Assembly: GCA_051362555.1 (NCBI GenBank)
Contig: CM120644.1
Location: 3,542,954-3,606,953 of the forward strand
Reading direction: 5' to 3'
DNA length: 64,000 nt
Origin: Lingula anatina
Taxonomy: Eukaryota; Animalia; Brachiopoda
The position numbers and the translations under genes were made by a program. This document shows, in pieces, positions 38,591 through 49,950 of this stretch. Numbering within the stretch: position 1 is the stretch's first letter; each line of letters begins with the position of its first letter. The notes under the pieces are model-generated. The model was not told where the DNA came from. It ran no database searches and saw only the letters and a program-made list of their open reading frames with translations.

Positions 38591-40291
38591 TTATAAGACG
38601 TATAACATAAACTTATAAAGGACATACAACTATTTAATCAAATTGTCAGTTTGAAATCTCCAATCCTAATTACAAGGCATTTATTTGAAATAGTTAATAA
38701 ATGAATTGCAAATTTGTCTGAGTTTCTCTTATTCACAATCCCAAGTTTCTGACCCTTTCAATCCTCTGAATAAAACTATAAGACTCACCTTTGGTACAAT
38801 GTATTCCATCCCCAAAGTAACCATAGTTACATACACATTGGGCGCCATTATCCCAATTGCATGGCTCATTATACCGAGGTAGACCTGGCCAGCTTCTATA
38901 GACGCATGAGGCATTTCCCCCACACTGCGCTGTAAACAAGGTAATGAAAAATGACAACATGTAACAGGGCATCTGCGCATGCTTTTAAGCTTTTAATAAA
39001 CTTAAAACGGATCATCATATGGCTTGCTCTATTTACATGATAACAGTTATCATTTGAAGTATGTTACACGTACATGTAACTTCGGTATTAAAGGGGAAGT
39101 CTGATCCACGTTTGCGTTATGGTAGTAGCGGTTCTAATAGAAAAATGCTACTAAATGAACCATATCAACTGGGAGAATTGATCGTATAATTTCGGTAATC
39201 TTTCTTTCCATTATTTCCCATATTACAATTAAGACATATTTGGTTTTATCTACATTCTTGCCGAATAATCAGGTATCAATTCTTTAACAGACAAAGGTTA
39301 CCTATCTGGTCAAGTAAATCACGTGAAGTAGGAATCTCATACGAGCAGTTGTTATGCATTTTATAATCTGAAATATGTTACTTGTAAATGTATCATTTGT
39401 ATTAAAGGGAAATTCTGCTTCTAGTTTCCTTTATGGAAGGAACATTGGCAATGGATGAATGCTACTAAGTGAAGCATATCAGCTAGTTCACCTGATAGTA
39501 TTGTCACTTTTGTCAGTTGTATTTTTTCCATCTTCCCACATTAAGACCTAGAACTATTTGTTGTTATCAATATTCTTTAATTAATAGCCAACTATTCAGT
39601 CTTAAACGGGTGAAACTTGCCTATCTGGCATCTGAGTCCAGAATATCCATGCGGACAGAGACACTGATAACGTCCATTTCCCTGATAAACACATGTCCCA
39701 TCATGAAGGCAAGGGTTGGTGTAGCATACGGCTTAAAATAAATAGTGCATAATTAACCCATAACAGGTTAGACAATTCATCTCTCCCAGTTTGCATAGCT
39801 AATATGTATTAAATTATTCATTTCACTTCCCCCTGTACTTTGCAATTGTTACCTAACATTTAATATACAGACACACTGTTAAAATACGATTGATCATTTG
39901 CCCCACACGCCAAAACAATTTAATAAATAAAAGCATGTAACTTAACATCTGCCCACGTCAAAATTCCTCACACTATCTTTAAAACAATTTAACCAGGGTC
40001 TTCATATTGCTTACATGATATTACTTGAAAGGATACGAGCTGTTCGTTTTGGACAAAAGTGGATTTTTAGGGTGTTGACGATTTGCCCATACATGCCAAT
40101 CGTTAATCAATCCATCCCGATATACAAAGTAAATGTATGTTTTTTTCTATGAAGTTCTTTTTTTGTACTAATCTCTCAGCATTTTATTGCAGTGGTATAG
40201 CCATCTACACGTGGTCTGACGGCAGGCAAAGATTCCAGAATAATTGCAACAATTGTGAAATTGGTGACAAAGTGGCATTTATTATATTTAA

Positions 40292-40355
<64 letters not shown>

Positions 40356-42399
40356 TATTATTATTATTATTATTATTATTATTTATAGTCTAAAATCAAT
40401 ATACATGGGTAAAATGAACAGAATCAGATTACTAAAATAAATGAAAAGGTAGTTAAAATAATAAGATATGAACTAAAGATGTGAACTAAAATATAATTGA
40501 ATTGATAAGATACACACTTGACATTTAATATGGAATATTTTTTTCCAAATCATTTTTCATCAGTTTTTTCCTATTTTGTTGACTGATACATGAAAACAAG
40601 AATTAAAATCGTGTTTTAATAACTTTGAATTATCTCTTTGATGTCATTTTGACATCAGTTCATAAATGGAATTCGCCAGAGAAGTAAACAAAAACACATT
40701 GCCTATTCTATGTCATACGACAACCATAAAGAGAGATATTTTGGATCTCCATATTTTCCAAATTATCGTCTGTAAAAGAGTTACACGCTCCACAAAGGTT
40801 CCTCATGTCAGTGTCTAGTCACAGTAATGGTTGCTGTTACACCTGACTTCTTCTGGCTGCTACCAGCGCTCTCAAGTGACAAGGCATTCCTTGGGTTAGG
40901 TTTTTAGAGTTCAATCATGAATAACATTCCAGGCATCGGTCAAAATCTGTCCAATTTGGTCCAGATTTGTTGTAGGACATATAGACCATTGATTTGGCGA
41001 GTAATGGCCTACCCACATATTGTCTATGTGGTTCAAAAATGGCGATTTTGATGACCAAGGTAGCTGCTTATTCCCTTAGTTCACTACGTAATCTGCTATT
41101 AAAAGTGCTCTGTGTGAACCGGCAATCTCACCACACAACCTAAAATTGTTCCTAAGGTGCCCCCTATCAAATGATAGTCAAGTGGTTCCCAGATTATTCC
41201 TTTATTTGATCTGGTTCAGGTTTTCGTCGATGACTACCATTGGTGTTTTGGCACCAATGTGGTATCCACTCCAAATACTGACGCTGTTAATGATCTTAGT
41301 CACTTTAGACGCCGCACACGCTTCGTCGTTGGCCTCTTCTGGATGTTTGTAAACTCTGTTTTGACTAATTGAGCGGTACAGGTGAAATCTGACCTCAATA
41401 AATAAAGCCACGAGGTTTCAGTGTTCAACCCAGAAACAGTCAAGGTCCCCAGCTCATGAGAGAAACATACAACGATGTTTTGCTGTTTACAGTGGGTTCC
41501 TCGGAGGTCGTCTGGAATTTTAACCTGCTAAAACCAGTTTGGTGTTCGATAAGGGCCTTGAAAATGCGTTTTAGTGGCAATTTACCCCTCATTCTGAACG
41601 GACTGGGTGGTTTTTGTTTAGTTGCAACAGCATATGCAGAAAGACAGTGGGTCCTGTGCCCTGGTGGTAAGATATCGATACATTGGGTGTGGCCTCTGTG
41701 TATAGGTATATCAGTCTGGGCATTACTCTATAAAACTGTGCGGACCGTTTCTTTTGGCGCGATTATCTGTCTGGCAATGTCGGACTTTTTCGCGCCATTC
41801 TGTCACAGATTAAGAAATTTGTAAAGCATTGCATAGCTCATTTTACACACTGCAAACCCGACCACTTCCATGCAAAATTTCAAATTCTTCTGTGCAGTAG
41901 TTGCCGACATATGGATACTTTTTTGACAGAACCATGCTTTGCCAAAGCCAAGCTTTGACCAGCCCAAAGGAGCACTACCCACATGAATCACTGCATATTA
42001 CATAATGCAGCAGCGCAGTTAATTGGAAACGACACACCTGACTACACACTTCTCTATTCACATATCTTATATGAGATCGGACTTTTTTTGAAAAAAGAAT
42101 GCATTTTTACCTAGGCATACCTTCGAAACTGAAATATTCCATATTAAATGTCAAGTCTGTATAAAAACTAAACTGTACAGTGTAAAATATATTTCTGTGA
42201 GTTGTGAACAACAAATGTAATGTGAAATGTGAATCTCATACGAACAGTTGTTTTCCTTTTAATCTTTTGAAATACATCAAAACCCCAAACATTAGAATTT
42301 TGACCTGCTGAATCAAGCCTGCTACTTACCTTCTTGAAACGGGTCACACGCCCACACCATAAGTCCCAAATCGAGGAGGCACCAGAACAACAATTTCAT
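38591..42399 (-). CDS. Secreted EGF-domain protein, copy 4 (leader 42330-42399, EGF-A 39621-39731, possible 66-nt exon 39302-39367, EGF-B 38789-38929; terminal exon uncertain)
   Basis: [60 protein letters not shown]-...[47 protein letters not shown]. The EGF-A donor is GC (AG|gcaagt); the acceptor of the paralogous stop exon reads CG at 38599-38600 instead of AG. Confidence 0.7.
40293..40384. repeat. Compound (ACT)n(AAT)n(ATT)n microsatellite
   Basis: Direct reading. Confidence 0.95.
40513..42159. mobile_element. Full-length non-autonomous Tc1/mariner-type element in intron 1 of EGF copy 4
   Basis: 28-bp TIRs CACACTTGACATTTAATATGGAATATTT / AAATATTCCATATTAAATGTCAAGTCTG (1 mismatch), TA on both sides; no transposase ORF. 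Confidence 0.8.
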
Positions 42400-42529
42400 C
42401 CCTAATTTTGTGTATTACACCTCGTTCTTTATACTTCTATGCTGGAATCAAACTAGTATCAATCAGTCTGAGCACATTTTAAAAGATTAAAAATTGTGAA
42501 AAAGGAATTCATAAAAGTGCAGGTTTAGG

Positions 42530-43346
42530 GGCCCGTTTCACAAAGCATTCCTTAGTTAGAATAACTAACTACTGAACTATCTCGGTAAGGAGAAAACTTA
42601 GCAATTATGAGGGGTGTTTCTCAAAGCTGCCGTTAACTCATTGCGAAGTTCAGTTGTAAAATTCAGTCGTTAGTACTCTCGTTACTCACCGTACTCTCGA
42701 AACAGTCTACCCGAAGTGGAACTCTTGAGTAAAATTGTCATGAATGCACTAGCTCTCCAATATTTGGAAGCTGGAAATGCATAATAACGCCTTGTAATAG
42801 CCAGCCTGTTCGGTTATTCAAGTTCTTTGATTTCTTTTTTCACCAGTAGCACAACTGAGACAGGCAGGTATAGTTTTCTGGTACAATGATTATTTTGGCT
42901 GACTGTAAACTCTGGTATCTATTCTCTCTCTCCATCTCTCTCTCACTATATGTATCTTAATCTATGTCTCTATCTCACTATGACCATATATACGTCTCCT
43001 ATATGGCTCTCTATATCTCTCTATCTATCCCTGCCCTGTGGTTCGGCCGCTGCTTTTATACTCGATGTTAATTTTAAATTTACTTCCATAACTGACATGC
43101 AACATGCCATGCCTTAATACCTTAGAACTTAATTGTAGATACAATTTACATTAACAAAGGATGAGTGCGAATAAGGGGGTAAAAGTGACCACCTTTGTAC
43201 ATGAAAAATAAATTGTGAATGAATGGAAAAAAATTAATGCCAAATTAAAGTTGGGGTCTTACACCTTTATGATCCACTTAAAAAAATATTGAATTTGAAA
43301 TATAAAATTTAATGTCAAAATGACCTTGTCAAATATTCTTGAAAAT

Positions 43347-43394
<48 letters not shown>

Positions 43395-43991
43395 GGGGTC
43401 TGAATTGCAGTGCTACATTTCTTTAGTTATAGTAAGGTGACAACTGTAAAATTTTGTAATTGGGTACACAAGGTGCCCATGTAAAAAAGTAAGGCAATAT
43501 GTGGCCAATCATTGTTTGTGATCAATATTTTGATTGCTTTATTTGTACATGTAGTGCCGATTGAAAGAATAATCTTACAGTGACTTAAGGATAAAAGATG
43601 CTCATTTTTTTATATGACCCCCTGCCTCAGACAAGCTAATTATTCACGGTTGAAAAGATGTGAATATAAGGTGAGATATATGTGAAAATCAGCTTGTCTG
43701 AGGGTTGGGCTCGATATGTACTCAAACTAAATGGGGACATTTTCAGTCCATATGCCAGCAGGCGGTCATGTTTATTCCTGCCATGAGGTACCTGCTACAT
43801 GCTTACATAGGATGGCTAGGCAGATACAATGAAACTTTTGTACAAAAAGAACAACCCAAAATAAAATGTAGGTCTTTGAAAGGAAAATAGGGGTTAGAGT
43901 CAGTAATTTTTTTCAGTTACAACCAAAAAAAAAAAAAAAAAGAAAAGTCATTTTCATGTAATGCATGCTATAAAAAAAAATAAATAAATAA

Positions 43992-44035
<44 letters not shown>

Positions 44036-46391
44036 AAAAAGGGAAATATGGATAGGAAATGGAGTCCAAATACAGTAAGTATATCTTATTTCATTCTTAT
44101 TTCTTAGGATTAAGAAAGATTAAATGTAAAATGTGCTTCAGATATTCAAAGTTATATTAATTATCATAATAGCATATGTACATTGTGGTGGCTCCTACTT
44201 TATATAGAGACCCATACTGTAATAGACCTCTACACATAAGGGTGGCTTGACGGTGACCCAAGCCTCTCTAATGGGCATGGAAGTACATTTTGTACAACCA
44301 AAATAGTTGTCCCCTTTTATGTCTATTTTGCATAAAAAGTAAAATAAAAGGCTCCATCACACACACCCTAGTTTTATTACTTATGACCTTATCTTCCACA
44401 CCAGCACTATTCATAGTAGCTTTGCAGAGTTTTTTTCTTCTTTTTTTAGTCCAAAATGCTATGAATGACTTTACTTGTCAAGGAAATCAGTAAAAACCTA
44501 TTGGTCGACTTGGTAAATAGTTTATACAAGAGACCACCAGCCTATAATAAATACCAGAAGTTTGCCAGATAAAGCAAGCTGGCCAAAATACTGATGAGCA
44601 TCAGCTAGATGGCCAGTTTGAAATCAGTGTATGCAAGGTGTATGAATCAGAGCCAAATTGGTTAATTAAGACACACATCTAGCCACCAGTACACGTTATG
44701 GATTCAGACCTCCCATAGCAAAAGTAGACCCATCAGTCGCTGGTACTGACAGTGTAAAGCTGGTTCCAAGACAGTTGGAAGTTGTGCACATATCACTACA
44801 GTCCTGTGGTATATGGGGTTTGCCATGAGGCAAGGATACAATCGAAAATTATGTTGTGGAGAAGGCTGTTCGGATACCTGACATTTACCAACATCAAGTG
44901 GTAACAGTATTAGCGAGACAAAAAGTGTTTCGGACAGCACATCTGATTAATTATCAGTTGTTTTATTATACATTTTTTATACTCATATTTGTATATTTTG
45001 TATAAAATAACTCTTGAATTGCATTCTATACAAGGTCTTTATCACATACATAATCATATATGAAGTACTTTTTAGGTGATTTAATTTCATTGTCATACAG
45101 ATTATTGGCCATAACTGTTATTATGTGTACTATATTTTCATTTAGTTTTTAGTTATACCTTATCATTATTTTGGTACAATTTATACCTTGTTTATTTTAT
45201 GGTTTATGGAAACATTCCAAATAGCTGTTTAGAGTGCTTTTACACACGATTTTTTTTTTTTTGTTGTTGTTGTTACTGTAACAGCCTTTTGCTTTGAGCA
45301 TATTTTACTATTCCTAAGAGCCTTGTACAAAATGTGTATTGGTTAAAAATACAATCATTTAGACCAACAAATGCCGGTCTGTGAGAAAAGTTATATAAAA
45401 TTAATAAATACGCTGAAACAAGTTTTTCTAGTAACAAGACTTTATACAGTTAAGTGAAATCAGTGATGGCTTCGGTGAGAAAATACCGTAATTTACCGAC
45501 CCCTCCCTCTCTTCTCTAGGATTAAAAAAAAAAAAAAAAAACAATAATTACTTTCCCATTTACTTTTGCCACACCACAATTATTTAACATATAACTCTTT
45601 TTTACGTCACAAGACAAGTTTCATTAGAAAAAATCGTTTATGTAATACAACAATACAAATGCTGAAACAAGTTGCTCTGATTCATTAGACTGCATACAAC
45701 AGGTAAATCCGGCTACCCCCCCCCCCCCACATATAACTCATTAAAAATACTAAGTTACGATGCCTCAAACCAAATATTATTTTTCCATGCAACAAATATA
45801 TGCATAAACTTTATAATAGCAAATTATTAAAAAAATTTTGACGATGGGTACTTTGCCAATGGTTATTAGCACTCATCCTTTCCCAATCACATATGTGGAA
45901 ATCTAGCTATCAGTGCTATTAATATTATTATTAAAACTCACCACATGCAAGCTGTCATGCTTATATACATCTGAATGAAAAAATTAATTAAGCAAATATG
46001 TAAATCACAAGTATGCAAATTTTGCTGCTCTTTTTGTAACAGCCAGGCGAAACATTTCATTAATTGCATCATCATGCATATATTCTAATACATGTATATT
46101 TGCCTCTAATGAAAACGTCGTCTGGCGGTTCGGATAGCATGAAAGGCAACCGCCATATTGCATACAAAGGCAAACGACAGACAACAGTAACTAAGCAACC
46201 TTTCTATTTCATTTATTACGCATGTGTACGATGAAACTCTAGCGAGTGGTTTGACCAGTCGTTAAATATTCATGATAACAACGACAAAATAACGAGTGAG
46301 AGAAATAGCGATAGCTTCCTGAAACGGCACTTATAACTAGTGAAAGGCTAACGACCGATTATTAACTAACTACTGCTTCGTGAAACGGACC
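42530..46391. mobile_element. Paralogous Harbinger-like element carrying about 3.2 kb of extra internal sequence
   Basis: Ends GGCCCGTTTCACAAAGC and GCTTCGTGAAACGGACC; terminal 250-370 bp match 8007-8658; same right-hand junction. Confidence 0.6.
44563..44845 (+). pseudogene. C-terminal relic of a SWIM zinc-finger-containing DDE transposase (DDE_Tnp_4/ISL2EU-like)
   Basis: Translates to QIKQAGQNTDEHQLDGQFEISV..LIKTHI* and WY*QCKAGSKTVGSCAHITTVLWYMGFA, matching the remembered WYCxCKxGxRxVGxCAH..SVxWYLG motif. Confidence 0.6.
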
Positions 46392-47425
46392 CGGGTCTTC
46401 ATCAGTGCCGTCCATTGGTGTTTTGCCACCAATGTGGCATCGTCTCCAGAAACTGACATCGTTAATGACCCTGTTCACTTTCGACGCAACACACGCTTCA
46501 TCATAGGCCAATCCAGGTTGTCTGTAAAGTCTGTTTTGATCGGTGCAGGTGGAATTAGACAACAGTGTTTTAGTGTTCTACCCAGAAACGGCCAGGGTAC
46601 CAAATTCATTAGAGAAACAAACGGTGATGTGAGGTTGCCTGGTATTCTAACCTGCTAAATCTAGCTTAGTGTTTGCTAAGGGCTTTGGAAAACAAGTTTT
46701 GGTGGCAATTTGCCCCTAATTCTGAATGGACTGGATTGTTTTTGTTTATTTGCAGCAGCATATCCAGTAGGACAGCGAGGCCTGTGCTCTGGTGGTAAGA
46801 TTTTGATACATTGGGCGTGGCCTCTGTGTAGGAACATCAGTCTGGGCATGAGTGTATAAATCTGTGCGGACTGCTCCGTGTGACACAATAATCTGACTGG
46901 CAATAGCTGTCTTTTTTGCACCATTCTAGCACAGATTATACCCCCGTCACACTAAAGGCGGAATGAGCAGGAATGCCGTCGAAAAGACAATTCTTTTTGC
47001 GTTCCTGGATATTCAAATGGCATTCTAAAATTCCGAGTGCGTTCCAAGTATTTTTACCCATTCTTGTCGCCGTCCCGAATATTTTGCTCATGTTAAAAAC
47101 TTTCGAAGTGCATTCCAAGTGGAAAATTATCGAATGGAATTTAAATAGTATTCAAACTGCACTATGACTGCATTCTTAATGTTCTCACGGCATTCCGACA
47201 GCATTCAAAACATTCTGATCACATTCGAGGGAGAACGGAAATGGCAAGACACTTCAAATCCTGCTAGAATGAGCCGAATGCAACTCAAATGCATCTCGAT
47301 CCTATTTCAGCCAGCAATCGAACTACCCTCGTATGGCATTCGAAGTGTATTCTAAATATTCTGACTGCATTCTGCAAAGTTTGCAAAGTTCAGTTCATGG
47401 TTAAAAGAAGGGCAAAGGTCAATTT

Positions 47426-47643
47426 TAGACCCCATTCCCAGAGATTAGATCGATCCAAACTAGATCGACCTAACTCCCTGGGGGTTCACGCTAAATAGCT
47501 GTCAGCCGAGCGGGCACGAAAGTTAATTACCCCCTTACGACTTGTAGTAGGCGGGACGGACATATAAGCCGGATTATCTGACAGCAATGTTGTGAGACTC
47601 CCCAAGGAGACAGATCAATCTAAATGTCTGGGAATACGCCCTA
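47426..47643. mobile_element. Short MITE; related partial copy at about 19470-19595
   Basis: Imperfect TIRs gaccccattcccagagattagatcgatc / gatcaatctaaatgtctgggaatacgccc; shared core agttaattac..tagtaggcgggac. Confidence 0.5.
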
Positions 47644-49463
47644 AATGTGACAGTTAGATGTCAAGTATATGACTTCCTATTCATGTTCAAAAGTAACCTT
47701 GAGTGTATCTCTGCCAGTCTTGGAGATAAAAGGGTTGGAAAAATTGCGAAGTTCAGCGCATGGTGAAAAGTAGGTCAAAGGTAAATTACAAGGTCACAGT
47801 TAGATTGCCAGTATATGACTTCCTATTCAAGTTCAATAGTAACTATGGGTGTACCTCAGCTACTTTTGGAGTATTTCACATTTTATTTTCACCACTGATT
47901 ATTGTTCAGTGTCTAATCAGTGCAATGTGCTTTATGATATATATAGTGCAACTCCTTGACGTATGGCAAACAAAAAAACGGACATCACTTCCAGTATTGC
48001 GCTTGACAAGCGCTACATGATGCAAAAAAAAAACCAGGGGTCTAGCATTTACGGTTCCAGAATTAGGGAGAGTTTTCAGTTTTGGCATCTTATGGCCGTT
48101 TCTCCCATGAAAATCCACCGATTGACCCCAAACTCCCAAAGATGAAAGAAGTCCCTAGTTGCATCCCCTCACTATATGAATGCTAAACTCTGTGTAGATT
48201 CTGAAATTCGGCACAAATAAAAGTTTTTTTTGCAAAAAAATTCCCATTTTTAGAACATTTTGGCCTGTTTGACCTTGAAAAAAAGGTCAAAGGTAAAATC
48301 CGAAGGCATATTTGAAATCCTCATATATGACTTTCGGTCAGACTTCTATACTAATTTTTCCCATAATTCCCTCCGTTTGGGAGATATATCGCATTGAATT
48401 TTCAAAAAAAAAAAAAAAATGACAAGGGTGTCACGCCCAGGCGAATGAACCGATTGAGACAAAAAAAGGAAGTTCAAGTTGAGATTATATTTGACCTAAA
48501 TCCAAGAGATGGGGACACAGGTCCGTGCGAGAAGCGGTAACGGTGACTTATATCCCACGCCACCCTGCGGAGCCGTACGATACGAGTCGGGACTAAAACC
48601 ATAAGTACCGCCAGCGTGGTGGTACTAATTAAGTAGCATTGGCGGGTGAAATGTTCTGCCACCTTAAAATCAAAACTGAAAAGCTTGCTCTCCAGCATTC
48701 TTTTGTTTACTGGAAGGCAAGCTCTTAAGTTAACAAAAGCAGTCAACAACTAGCCATCTAGCTGTAAAAGGCCTATTGATTCGCTGAGTTTCAGGACCCA
48801 GTGCATTAACCAGACACGTCGTCGGTACAAAAAAGGGAATAATTCTCATAGCGATTTTAGTAAGGCTTATGGTGTATGCCCCTAGTGTCCAAATTTGCAT
48901 GATATTCTACTCAATTTGGTAGCTTTTGTCACATCCATCTACCATCAAGTGTGTTTAAGATGGGGGAAGCAAGTGCATTTTCACGATGAAGCTTGTAGTA
49001 TCCATGAAGACACATCTCTTGTAAATACTACAATAAAATATCCCAATAACATTCTGGTCCAGAAAGACCAATCTACGAAAAAAGCACAATATACAGTGGT
49101 CGGAATAATTTTGTTTCCGTTGTACACCGGTGTAACCACGTTCGAAATGTTTTAATCCCTATCTTGTGAATAGAAGGGGGCGGACAAACAATGGAGGGCC
49201 GTATAAATCCCTTCAAAATTCGAAGGCACAAACACAATAGCTTAGGTGGAATAACACAATACTTAATACGAGTGAACCCCATGACGCCGGTTTCTGTGGC
49301 CCAGCGCGAGCGTGACAATCCGCTGTAACTAGGTGTAATCAACAGCAGGATACATCAGCCAGAAGGTCCCTATTAGCCTTTTTCATCTTTTCCGGAAATT
49401 GAAATTGCATTGTGGGTAGGGGAGCCCTGCTACGTCGAAACGCTTACAGCGGTGCTAAAAACC

Positions 49464-49950
49464 ATGGCTGGGTTTACGTGCTTTTTGTCCCGCTACTACA
49501 ATAACAGTAAGCGAGATCCACACATGAGGTTTAATAAGTTCCCCACAAACCCGTTAGAATGAAAAATATGTTAGAAAGAAAGGAAAATATGGCAGGTTTG
49601 GATCAAAAGCAGGGCACCGCGTTTGCGCTGAACATTTCGAAGGCGGGAAGAAAAACTATAATATTAGGAGATCAACGGTGCTTTAATAAAAAACAGAAAT
49701 GCTTAGTTAAACAACGGATATAACGAACTATCGGCAAATAGAACTCGGGGGTAAAAAATGCGAAAAAAAAAAACATTATAAAGATTTGAAGAAAAAAATG
49801 AAGAATAGGCCGGGGCCTAAAAATTAAGAAAAGACTTCAAGCATGAGATTATGGAAAAAGAAAGTAAAAGCTGTGAAGTTTTACACGGGGATTCTACTTA
49901 CAAAAAATTCAAGAACTTTCACGCCTTTTTGTGTAACAACAAAGAGAAGG
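49464..49950 (+). pseudogene. Degenerate THAP-domain DNA transposon protein
   Basis: MAGFTCFLSRYYNNSKRDPHMRFNKFP..., later HRVCAEHFEGGKK and VKFYTGI: a decayed THAP C2CH pattern with stops. Confidence 0.6.
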
